A stretch of 64,000 nt of DNA from Macrostomum lignano (Eukaryota). Position 1 is the stretch's first letter. The number at the start of each line of letters is the position of its first letter. The stretch lies in assembly GCA_002269645.1 (NCBI GenBank), contig NIVC01003234.1:1-64000 (forward strand), read 5' to 3'. Shown here piece by piece: positions 22,205-33,786 of this stretch. Below the pieces are notes generated by a model, which was not told the origin of the DNA, searched no databases, and saw only the letters and a program-made list of their open reading frames with translations. The position numbers and the translations under genes are program-made.

Positions 22205-24170
22205 CACTATGACCATTATGACCAGGCTGATATCTGAACTATGACCAGTATGACCAGGCTGATATCTGAACTATGACCAGGCTGATATCTGAACTATGAC
22301 CAGTATGACCAGGCTGACCAGGCTGATATCTGAAGGCTATGACCAGTATGACCAGGCCAGGCTAATATCTGAACTATGACCAGGCTGATATCTGAACTAT
22401 GACCAGTATGACCAGGCTGATATCTGAACTATGACCAGTATGACCAGGCTATATCTGAACTATGACCAGTATGACCAGGCTGATATCTGAACTATGACCA
22501 GGCTAATATCTGAACTATGACCAGGCTGATGACCAGGCTGAACTATGACCAGGCTGATATCTGAACTATGACCAGTATGACCAGGCTGATATCTTAACTA
22601 TGACCAGTATGACCAGGCTAATATCTGAACTATGACCAGTATGACCAGGCTGATATCTGAACTATGACCAGTATGACCAGGCTAATATCTGAACTATGAC
22701 CAGGCTGATATCTGAACTATGACCAGTATGACCAGGCTGATATCTGAACTATGACCAGTATGACCAGGCTAATATCTGAACTATGACCAGTATGACCAGG
22801 CTGATATCTGAACTATGACCAGTATGACCAGTCTGATATCTGAACTATGACCATTATGACCAGGCTGATATCTGAACTATGACCAGGCTGATATCTGAAC
22901 TATGACCAGCGTGACCAGGCTGATATCTGAACTATGACCAGTATGGCCAGGCTAATATCTGAACTATGACCAGGCTGATATCTGAACTATGACCAGTATG
23001 ACCAGGCTGATATCTGAACTATGACCAGGCTAATATCTGAACTATGACCAGGCTAATATCTGAACTATGACCAGCATGACCAGGCTGATATCTGAACTAT
23101 GACCAGTATGACCAGGCTGATATCTTAACTATGACCAGTATGACCAGGCTGATATCTGAACTATGACCAGTATGACCAGGCTAATATCTGAACTATGACC
23201 AGGCTGATATCTGAACTATGACCAGGCTGATATCTGAACTATGACCAGTATGACCAGGCTGATATCTGAACTATGACCAGGCTGATATCTGAACTATGAC
23301 CAGGCTGATATCTGAACTATGACCAGTATGGCCAGGCTAATATCTGAACTATGACCAGGCTGATATCTGAACTATGACCAGTATGACCAGGCTGATATCT
23401 GAACTATGACCAGGCTAATATCTGAACTATGACCAGGCTAATATCTGAACTATGACCAGCATGACCAGGCTGATATCTGAACTATGACCAGTATGACCAG
23501 GCTGATATCTGAACTATGACCAGTATGACCAGGCTGATATCTGAACTATGACCAGTATGACCAGGCTAATATCTGAACTATGACCAGGCTGATATCTGAA
23601 CTATGACCAGGCTGATATCTGAACTATGACCAGTATGACCAGGCTGATATCTGAACTATGACCAGTATGACCAGGCTGATATCTGAACTATGACCAGTAT
23701 GACCAGGCTGATATCTGAACTATGACCAGGCTGATATCTGAACTATGACCAGTATGACCAGGCTGATATCTGAACTATGACCAGTATGACCAGGCTGATA
23801 TCTGAACTATGACCAGGCTGATATCTGAACTATGACCAGGCTGATATCTGAACTATGACCAGGCTGATATCTGAACTATGACCAGTATGACCAGGCTGAT
23901 ATCTGAACTATGACCAGTATAACCAGGCTGATATCTGAACTATGACCAGTATGACCAGGCTGATATCTGAACTATGACCAGTATGACCAGGCTAATATCT
24001 GAACTATGACCAGTATGACCAGGCTGATATCTGAACTATGACCAGTATGACCAGGCTGATATCTGAACTATGACCAGTATTGACCAGCCTGATATCTGAA
24101 CTATGACCAGTATGACCCTGTTGATAAATTCACAATGACCAGTATGGCCAGGCTGATATCTGAAGCATGA
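22205..24170. repeat. 32/23-bp tandem repeat (atgaccaggctgatatctgaact +/- atgaccagt)
   Basis: About 2 kb of interleaved 32-bp and 23-bp units. Confidence 0.97.
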
Positions 24171-25539
24171 GCAGCATGACTGATTTATAAGCCATAAGTT
24201 GAGCAGACTGATAAGGTTGCATGGCAAACTTCTGACCTAAACGGGGATCCAAACTCAAAGCATCCTCAATCAAACTCACCGCCAGGTGGCCAAGGCGGCA
24301 GCCTCACTGAGCAACCTCTCGAATGCCGCAGACCGCCGCTCAAGCTGCTGGTCCCGTCTGGGCGGCAGCTGCTCAGCCTGCTGTGCCGCCGCTATCATCA
24401 GCGCCAACTGCTGCTGCGGCTGCATCTTCAGCATCCTCAGCATTCTCAGCTTCTTCAGCTTCATCATAAGCGTTGCCCCAGCCCGAAGCTGCTGCTGGCC
24501 TGCTCCCTCTCCAGCTGCCAGTGGCCTTCCAGCCGCCTGGTTGCGCCGCCGCCAGCTGCTGCGCACTTGAGGTCGCTGGTTCGCGCCTGGCATCAGTGCG
24601 CCGAGAGCTTGCTGCTCTGTCAGGACAGCCAGAAGCAGCAACAGCAGAAGCAGAATGAACAGAGCGGCTCTTCCAGCGACGGCGGCAAAGACGAGGGCGA
24701 AAAGCAAAAACAGGACGAGAACGAAAAGAACAATGAGTTCACCACCCGCATGATGCTGCTGCTGCTCGCCCAGTGGATTGTCATGGCCATGTTCAGCTCG
24801 CATTGGTCTGACCGCCTCGCCGCCTCCATCAGGTGCGGCCTGTGACCTTTCTGACAGATTTCCAAGGCTTCCAGGTCCCAAATATCACTCTCCGTATCTC
24901 TCTTCCCTGTCTCCCAAATCCCCTTTTCCTCTCTTCATTTTTCCAAATCCTATTTTCCTCTCCTCACTCTCCCAAATCCCATTTCCCACTCCTCACTCTC
25001 CCAAATCCCATTTCCCACTCCTCACTCCCAAATCCCATTTCCTACTCCTCACTCTCCAAAATCCCATTTCCCAACCCTCCACCAGAGCGACCTCGCCGCC
25101 GCGCCTGCTGCTGAGCTGGCAGGACGCGTGCGCCCTGCTCGCGGCCGGCGAGGTGTCCAGCATCGTCCTGCGCAGCGACCTCGGCCTGGCGCAGCTGCAG
25201 CTGCAGCCGGGCGCCTGCTGGCGGGCGAGCCGGTGGAGCGGGCACCAGCGCGCTGCTCTGTCTGAACCGCAGCGTGGCCAGCAAAGTCGGCCAGCTGCTC
25301 GGCCTGCCGCCCGAGGCGATGCGCGACTTCCTCAGCCGTTCAAAATTCTTCAGCGAATCCGCGCCCTGCTAGTTCAAGCGGCAGGAGCTGTTCGCGCTGT
25401 ACTTGGGCCAGTACAAGCTGGCGGCGCTGCCGGAGTCCAGCCAGGTGAGCTGCAGGGATGCCAGGGGCTGGAGATATGCCATGCTGAGCAGGGCTGGCCA
25501 GGCTGCTCAGGCGGCTGAGCAGGCCGAGCCGGCCGGCTG

Positions 25540-26105
25540 TGATAGCCAGGGTGGCAGCCCAGGCTGAGCAGGGAATGCCAGACTGAGCAGGGATATGCCA
25601 GGCTGAGCAGGATATGCCAGCTGAGCAGGGATATGCCAGGCTGAGCAGGGATATGCCAGGCTGCTGAGCAGGATATGCCAGGCTGAGCTGTGATATGCCA
25701 TATGGCTGAGCAGGGATATGCCAGGCTGAGCAGGATATCCCAGCTGAGCAGGATATGCCAGAGTGCTGCTGTGATATGCCAGGCTGAGCAGGGATATGCC
25801 AGGCTGAGCTGTGATATGCCACTGAGCAGTAGGTATGCCAGGCTGAGCTGTGATATGCCAGGCTGAGCAGGGATGCCAGGCTGAGCAGGGATATGCCAGC
25901 CAGGGATATGCCAGGCTGAGCTGTGCCAGGCTGAGCAGGGATATGCCAGGCTGAGCTGTGATATGCCAGACTGAGCTGTGATATGCCAGGCTGAGCAGGG
26001 ATATGCCAGGCTGAGCTGTGATATGCCAGACTGAGCTGTGATATGCCAGGCTGAGCAGGGATATGCCAGGCTGAGCAGGGATATGCCAGGCTGAGCAGGA
26101 ATATG
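25540..26105. repeat. Degenerate 20-bp tandem repeat (ggctgagcagggatatgcca), SPG7-like intron
   Basis: Visible periodicity. Confidence 0.9.
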
Positions 26106-26434
26106 CCATCTTCACCTTCACATCATCAACGCCCACCCCAGCAAGCGGCTGGCCGCGCTGACCCCCGGCGCGGGCGCAGAACATCGCCAACTGCGAGGCG
26201 GCGCTGATTGCGCTGCCATGCCAAGTCGCCGTTGAAGCCGCCGATTTTGAGCCGCGCTGGAGCGGGCGGCGCCTAGAAGCCGCCCGGCCGGCCCCATGAC
26301 CAAGGAGGAGCGGGAGCGCACCGCCTACAGCGAGGCCGGCAAGGCCTGGTGCCTGGATGCTGGAGACCCCCGCCCGTGGTTCGAGTCAGCATTGTCCGAA
26401 GGCGCGGTGGTGCCGGAGCCGGTCTGCAGCGACT

Positions 26435-26895
26435 AAGCACAGACAGGTGAGCTGGGGGAGTCTAGTAGCTGCTCTGAGCACAGACAGGTGAGCTGGGGAG
26501 TCTAGTAGCTGCTCTGAGCACGGACAGGTGAGCTGGGGGAGTCTAGTAGCTGCTCTGAGCACGGACAGGTGAGCTGGGGGAGTCTAGTAGCTGGTCTGAG
26601 CACGGACAGGTGAGCTGGGGGAGTCTAGTAGCTGGTCTGAGCACGGACAGGTGAGCTGGGGGGAGTCAGTAGCTGCTCTGAGCACGGACAGGTGAGCTGG
26701 GGGAGTCTAGTAGCTGCTCTGAGCACGGACAGGTGAGCTGGGGGAGTCAGTAGCTGCTCTGAGCACGGACAGGTGAGCTGGGGAGTCTAGTAGCTGCTCT
26801 GAGCACGGACAGGTGAGCTGGGGGAGTCAGTAGCTGCTCTGAGCACGGACAGGTGAGCTGGGAGTCTAGTAGCTGCTCTGAGCACGGACAGGTGA
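26435..26895. repeat. 41-bp tandem repeat containing the exon end and 5' splice donor
   Basis: About 11-12 copies of gagcacggacaggtgagctgggggagtctagtagctgctct. Confidence 0.95.
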
Positions 26896-27224
26896 ACTGG
26901 AACTCCGTCCACAGAAAGCTGTACACCCGCCAGGCCCTGCTGGAGGCCATCGCCTGCATGCTGGCCGGCCGGGCCGCTGAGACGGTCGCCTTCAACACGG
27001 TGAGCAGCGGCGGCAGCGATGAGCAGCGGGCAGCCACCGACTTGGCTTACAGGCTGGTGCGCGAGCTGGGCATGTCCGACCGCATCGGCCACCTCAGCTT
27101 CGACCAGGAGTCCGCCTCCGTGAACTCGCCAGTTCGCCCCTTCTCGCGCCGGACCGAAGCCCTGTTCGACAGCGAGGCCCAGGCAGTGCTGGGCCAGGCT
27201 TTCCGGCTGGCCAGGTGAGACTCC

Positions 27225-27760
27225 CCCCCTCCCCCAGTGCGGTCACCGACCTCCCCAGTGCGATCACCGACCTCCCCCAGTGCGATCACCGACCTCCCCC
27301 AGTGCGATCACCGACCTCCCCCAGTGCGATCACCGACCTCCCCCAGTGCGATCACCGACCTCCCCCAGTGCGATCACCGACCTCCCCCAGTGCGATCACC
27401 GACCTCCCCCAGTGCGATCACCGACCTCCCCCAGTGCGATCACCGACCTCCCCCAGTGCGGTCACCGACCTCCCCCAGTGCGATCACCGACCTCCCCCAG
27501 TGCGATCACCGACCTCCCCCAGTGCGATCACCGACCTCCCCCAGTGCGATCACCGACCTCCCCCAGTGCGATCACCGACCTCCCCCAGTGCGATCACCGA
27601 CCTCCCCAGTGCGATCACCGACCTCCCCCAGTGCGATCACCGACCTCCCCCAGTGCGATCACCGACCTCCCCCAGTGCGATCACCGACCTCCCCCAGTGC
27701 GATCACCGACCTCCCCCAGTGCGATCACCGACCTCCCCAGTGCAATCACGACCTCCCCCA
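27225..27760. repeat. 22-bp tandem repeat (ctcccccagtgcgatcaccgac)
   Basis: About 24 copies filling the last SPG7-like intron. Confidence 0.95.
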
Positions 27761-28419
27761 GTCCTACTCATTCTAACAAAGCGTCTCGTCCCTGCCCCAA
27801 TCCGAGCAGGGAGGTTCTGGCCAGCAACCGGGGCCGTCTGGACCGGGTGGCCCGCGCCCTGCTCGCCAAGGAGGAGCTCGGGCACGAGCAGCTGCTAGAG
27901 CTGCTGGGCACATCGCCGCACCCGAAGCCGGAGCTGGCCGAGCTGCTAGACCTCGCCAAGGATTGAAGCCGGCTCAGTGCCCAGTGACCCAGAAAGTTTC
28001 ATCATGCTAAAAGTCCACTATCTCCCCAAAATCAGAGAATTCAGTGAATCCCCTCTCACCTCTGCAGGTGTACCAACGAGTGCACCTTCAATTTCCCAAT
28101 TAGTAGTGCATTTTGTACTTTTTATTGTCTGCCGCTCGATTAAGGTAAAATAGACTTTAATTTGTCACCTGGCTGACATCACGTAATTCTGACTAGCTTT
28201 ACTGCTTTTTTCGGCCATAGGTTCTATACCTGCGTAAGCTGTTTAGCCGCACCTTAATTAATGCGCCTAAGTTACTACTGACTGACTACTTATTACAGAA
28301 GATGCTAATCCTGGTTTAAAATTATATTCAGTCAAGTTTCGGTGCTTGAATTGTTCGCAGTTTCTTGACAGCTTTTTTTTGCCGTTTTCTGCAGTCAGCC
28401 AAGGAACATTTGGAACTAA

Positions 28420-28825
28420 GGTGTGAACTGCGGAGACTGAGGTGTGAACTGCGGAGACTGAGGTGTGAACTGCGGAGACTGAGGTGTGAACTGCGGAGAC
28501 TGGGGTGTGAACTGTGGAGACTGAGATCTGAACTGTGGAGACTGAGGTGTGAACTGCGGAGACTGAGGTGTGAACTGTGGAGACTGATGTCTGAACTGTG
28601 GAGACTGAGGTGTGAACTGTGGAGACTGAGGTGTGAACTATTGAGACTGAGGTGTGAACTGTGGAGACAGGTGTGAACTATTGAGACTGAGGTGTGAACT
28701 GTGGAGACAGGTGTGAACTGCGGAGACTGAGGTTTGAACTGTGGAGACTGAGGTGTGAACTGTGGAGACTGAGGTGTGAACTGCGGAGACTGAGGTGTGA
28801 ACTGTGGAGACTGAGGTGTGAACTG
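28420..28825. repeat. 21-bp tandem repeat (gaggtgtgaactgcggagact)
   Basis: About 19 copies. Confidence 0.93.
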
Positions 28826-28884
28826 TGCAAACTGCAGCGTGAACTCTACAGCATTGATTTTTCTATCATTACTTTTTGAGACGG

Positions 28885-30374
28885 ATGCGTCGCTTTCACT
28901 CCCAGTTCCAGCCACGCCAGCCCGACTTCGGACACAGCGCTGGGCCGCCGCCCCATCAGCCGTGCTGCCGCTGCACCAGCCTCGTGGCCGCCAACGTCGC
29001 CTCCCAGGCGGCCGAGCTGGCCGCGCTGTCCGCCTCGCACGAGCGGCTCCTGGCTGACAATGGCGTCGCCGCGGGCGTCCGCTCCGCCGTGCTGGTCTGC
29101 CTTGCCTGCGACTGTCCGAGGCCCGGGGAGGCGGGCGGCGGGCAACCGGCCCAGGCGGAGTCGCTGTCCCCGAATCCGCGGGTGCTGCTCACCAAGCGTT
29201 CGACGCGACTGACGTCATTCTCAGGACAGGTAGGCCTTCATTTGTTGGGTTTTCTGCCCTAAAATAGTTTTTTGCGCTACATATCGGCGCTTGGTATCAG
29301 TACTCTTTTATTGAAATTCTACCCTTAGCAGCCGACTTTTGTTCTGATGTATTATTATTGTAGTAACACTGATTACGCTACATATCGGTTAATCCAAACT
29401 TATTCCTAGAGATCATTAATGAAACGGTTTACGCTACATATCGGCAGTCTAAACTCATTTGTGGAGAGAATTAGTAAAACTGATTACGCTACATATCGGC
29501 AGTCCAAACTTCCTAGAGATACATGTAATTAGTGAAACTGTTTACGCTGCATATCGGCAGTCTAAACTCATTTGTGGAGAGAATTAGTAAAACTGATTAC
29601 GCTACATATCGGCAGTCCAAACTTCCTAGAGATACATGTAATTAGTGAAACTGTTTACGCTGCATATCGGCAGTCTAAACTCATTTGTGGAGAGAATTAG
29701 TAAAACTGATTACGCTACATATCGGCAGTCCAAACTTATTTCTAGAGATAATGAGTGAAACTGTTTACGCTACATATCGGCAGTTGATCTAGTTCAGAAA
29801 TACGACAGGGCTTTGAAATCTCTCTTCTTTCATCTCGCAGGTGTCGTTCCCGGGCGGCAAGTCGGACCCGGGCGCCGATGCCGGCCCGGTGGCCACAGCG
29901 CTCCGCGAAGCCGCTGAAGAGATCGGCCTGTCTCCCAGCTTGGTCCGCGTGCTCGCCGTGCTGCCCGTGATGCCGCTTGGCCGGCACCTCGTGACCCCGG
30001 TGCTCGCCTACCTGGCGCCCAGGCTCAGCCGGGTCCGCCTCGCGCCAAATCCCGATGAGGTCGACGAGCTGCTGACGCCGCCGCTGCGCTGGGCTCTGCC
30101 AGACGGCGGTGCCCCGGCCGCTGGCCGCCTCGAGTTCCGCAGCCGCCGCGTGGGGCGCTGGCTGGATTGCGACATCCCCGTGCTGTCGCTGCGGCCCGGC
30201 CTGGCCGTGTTCGGCTTCACCTGCCACCTGCTGGTGCTGGCCGCCTGCATCTGCCACCGCCGCTACCCGCTGTACCCGCTGGAGCCCTTCTGCCACGGCC
30301 TGCTGCTGCTGGGCCTGTTGGTTGGCCAGGGCCTCCTGCTGCCCGACCCTGAGCGGCTCATCAGCCGGCTCTGA
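28885..30374 (+). CDS. NUDT7: Peroxisomal CoA diphosphatase, NUDT7/PCD1-like Nudix hydrolase; exons 28885-29229, 29841-30374
   Basis: SAVLVCL, LLTKRSTRL..SGQ|VSFPGGK.DP (CoA-Nudix motif), Nudix box ATALREAAEEIGL, PNPDEV and a C-terminal SRL (PTS1). Phase-0 GT-AG intron. Confidence 0.85.
29370..29780. repeat. Degenerate ~60/121-bp tandem repeat in the NUDT7-like intron
   Basis: Recurring tacgctacatatcggcagtc..aaact block. Confidence 0.8.
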
Positions 30375-30399
30375 CCTGCCTGCATTGGATTCGGGTCAG

Positions 30400-31175
30400 A
30401 GATATGAGTCATGAGTCTGATCACTCAGAGATATGAGTCACTAGTCTGATCACTCAGAGATATGAGTCACGAGTCTGATCACTCAGATATGAGTCATGAG
30501 TCTGATCACTCAGAGATATGAGTCATGAGTCTGATCACTCAGAGATATGAGTCATGAGTCTGATCACTCAGAGATATGAGTCATGAGTCTGATCACTCAG
30601 ATATGAGTCATGAGTCTGATCACTCAGAGATATGAGTCATGAGTCTGATCACTCAGAGATATGAGTCATGAGTCTGATCACTCAGATATGAGTCATGAGT
30701 CTGATCACTCAGAGATATGAGTCATGAGTCTGATCGCTCAGAGATATGAGTCATGAGTCTGATCACTCAGAGATGAGTCATGAGTCTGATCACTCAGAGA
30801 TGAGTCATGAGTCTGATCACTCAGAGATATGAGTCATGAGTCTGATCACTCAGAGATGAGTCATGAGTCTGATCGCTCAGAGATATGAGTCATGAGTCTG
30901 ATCACTCAGAGATGAGTCATGAGTCTGATCACTCAGAGATGAGTCATGAGTCTGATCACTCAGAGATGAGTCATGAGTCTGATCGCTCAGAGATATGAGT
31001 CATGAGTCTGATCACTCAGAGATGAGTCATGAGTCTGATCACTCAGAGATGAGTCATGAGTCTGATCGCTCAGAGATATGAATCACGAGTCTGATCACTC
31101 AGAGATGAGTCACGAGTCTGATCACTCAGAGATGAGTCACGAGTCTGATCACTCAGAGATGAGTCACGAGTCTGA
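30400..31175. repeat. 27-29-bp tandem repeat (gatatgagtcatgagtctgatcactcaga)
   Basis: About 27 copies. Confidence 0.95.
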
Positions 31176-31869
31176 TAGTAAACAGAACGGTGACTCGCTC
31201 ATATTTTATTGCTTACATTTCCAACGTCTTCTACCAACTGTTTAGTTTTGTACTTTTTACTAATCGATAAAGACCCTAAGATACTACTTAGCACTTGTTG
31301 TGATATTGATTTTTGTTTAGCTTTCTTGATTTCAACAATACTATCGTCTACTGTAAGTAGATGTGCATGATTTTTAGCCATAATTTGCATTTTTGATTGG
31401 CCGACAGTCCGTCGCGTTAAAAAAAGCAAGATAAGAGAGCCGGAGCTGTGCCGCATGGGACTGTCTTTGTCGCTTTACGAGCGTAGTCTTTATTTTGTTC
31501 AATAAGAATGTAAATTGATATATATTGGAACGTTGGCACATTGTTGGGGCTCTGCTGCTTGCCGTAGCTGATACAAAACCAAACCCGACACCCTGAAATA
31601 CGGGACGGCAATGGCGGATAATTTATGGCGCCTCTCGGCCTCCCCTTTTCCCTTTTTCCCTTCAGCCGTGCCCAGTCTGTTTTTTTGTCTCGAAATTTGT
31701 TAGCGCCGTCTTCTCTTTCTGGCGAGCTCCTTCTTGATTCCGGTTTCAGGGGGGGGGGGGGGGTTGGGACCTCTCGTTCGAGTGTTGCTTTGCGGGCACT
31801 GAAGCTGTGCTTATTATTGCTGTGTACTTTAGAGTGCGCGCTCTGGGAGCCAACAGTAGTATGTAGAGC

Positions 31870-32201
31870 GGACAGACAGACCGACAGTGTGACAGACAGA
31901 CAGACAGACCAACAGTGTGACAGACAGACAGACAGACCAACAGTGTGACAGACAGACAGACCGACAGTGTGACAGACAGACAGACAGACCGACAGTGTGA
32001 CAGACAGACAGACAGACCAACAGTGTGACAGACAGACAGACAGACCAACAGTGTGACAGACAGACCGACAGTGTGACAGACAGACAGACAGACCAACAGT
32101 GTGACAGACAGACCGACAGTGTGACAGACAGACAGACAGACCAACAGTGTGACAGACAGACAGACCGACAGTGTGACAGACAGACAGACAGACAGACAGA
32201 C

Positions 32202-32234
<33 letters not shown>

Positions 32235-32256
32235 GCAGGCAGGCAGGCAGACAGAC

Positions 32257-32289
<33 letters not shown>

Positions 32290-32311
32290 GCAGGCAGGCA
32301 GGCAGACAGAC

Positions 32312-32393
<82 letters not shown>

Positions 32394-32481
32394 TAGGCAG
32401 GCAGGCAGGCATGCTTGCAGGTAGACAGACAGACAGACAGACGACCGACCGACAGACAGACAGGCAGACAGACGACCGACC

Positions 32482-32529
<48 letters not shown>

Positions 32530-32530
32530 G
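31870..32530. repeat. Compound (GACA)n/(GGCA)n microsatellite with acagtgt interruptions
   Basis: Direct inspection. Confidence 0.95.
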
Positions 32531-33786
32531 GGCTCAGTCCGCCGCTCCTTTCGGCGTCTTCAAAGCAGCTGTGGCAGCCGGGCCGGCCGCATTAATAATT
32601 GATTGAAATCGATCTGGCGAGCGGCCCGGTTGTTCCACAAGCCTGACAAACCAAGTGAGGCGTATAAGAAACAGATCCTAACAGAGTTAAAGCTTCCTTT
32701 TTTGAGTGGCCCATCTGTCTCGGCTGGCCAGTATTGATCAGCCTGAAGGTTCGATTCCCTTTGTGGGGAGTTGCTCCCGCCAGGCTGAATCAGCTGGGCA
32801 GGTCGGGCTCGGCTGTCTGCTGCCGGGGTGCTCAGGGCAGTGCTCACTATTCTCACTCGGCAATTCGCCAGGCTGTCCGGGAATCTTGTCCCAAAACAGG
32901 AAGCAGCAGCAACAGGGATCGGAGATTAAGTCTCGCAAATCGCTCCGCTCTGTTTGCGGGAGGAGGGGGCAGATCGGATCCCCGCGAATTCCCCTCTGTC
33001 TGTCTGGGGATTCTCCCGATTCCATTGGGAAAACGATTTGTTATATTCCTTCCTTGTTATATTCCTTCCCCCTGCTATCCCGCCCCGTGTCTCTTTCGCT
33101 CTCGATTTCCCAATCTCCGAATTGCCCCACCCAGCCAAGCTCTCCGCTTCTGCCCCCAGGAGAAGTCGCCGGAAAGCTGATTGATGACTCCCGGCCTCTT
33201 CGACTCTCCTCTCTCTCTCTCTCTTGCACTTTCTCTCGCCTCTGCTTTTAGTCGCTCGGCTCGCAAACTGCATAGGTAGAAGAGAGAGAGAGAAAGAGAT
33301 CAGTTCTTTCTTCACACCGCTGCCCTAACTGATAAGGAAAGCGTGAAAAGAAGGCTCGGCTCGTATAGCAGATAGACAGCGGCGCGCGGTGAGCGAGTCG
33401 GGGGGATCAGTCGGAGTGAAATGAAAATTCGGCACAGCTGTGGGGCTGCAGCATTTTTGCTGAGCTGAGAGAGTATTAGTGTGGGGACCGAGGCTTTTGC
33501 CCTCTCCGCTGGACTCTTGTCTGTTTAGTGCAGTGCTCCGCGTTTATTCCAGCAGCTGCGCAGACCAGCGAGGACTGCCCTGGCTGCCTGCCGATCTCTC
33601 AGCCCAGCTGCCGCGCTTCTCCCCCTCCTGCCCCTCCGGCAGTCTCCCGGGCCGATTGGCCAGCAGGCGAGGGAGAGCAGCGGACGAGAGGGTCAGCCGG
33701 TCGCGGCTGTCGCGCGGACTTTTTTTTAAATAACAAGAATTCGGTTCGAATTTCGAGGCAGATCCGGACTGACTGACTGACGCGCC

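Larger units (their letters stand above)
24286..27966 (+). pseudogene. SPG7: Paraplegin/SPG7-like m-AAA subunit, damaged or misassembled copy; exon blocks 24286-24832, 25086-25444, 26142-26446, 26915-27214, 27810-27966
   Basis: LSWQDACALLAAGEVSSI, KRQELFALYL, KRLAALTPG, MTKEERERTAYSEAGKA, LYTRQALLEAIACMLAGRAAE.VAF, AYRLVRELGMSDRIG and RPFS..LFDSEA match SPG7/FtsH. No Walker A/B motifs are present, and 25.2-26.4 kb has many indels. Confidence 0.75.
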
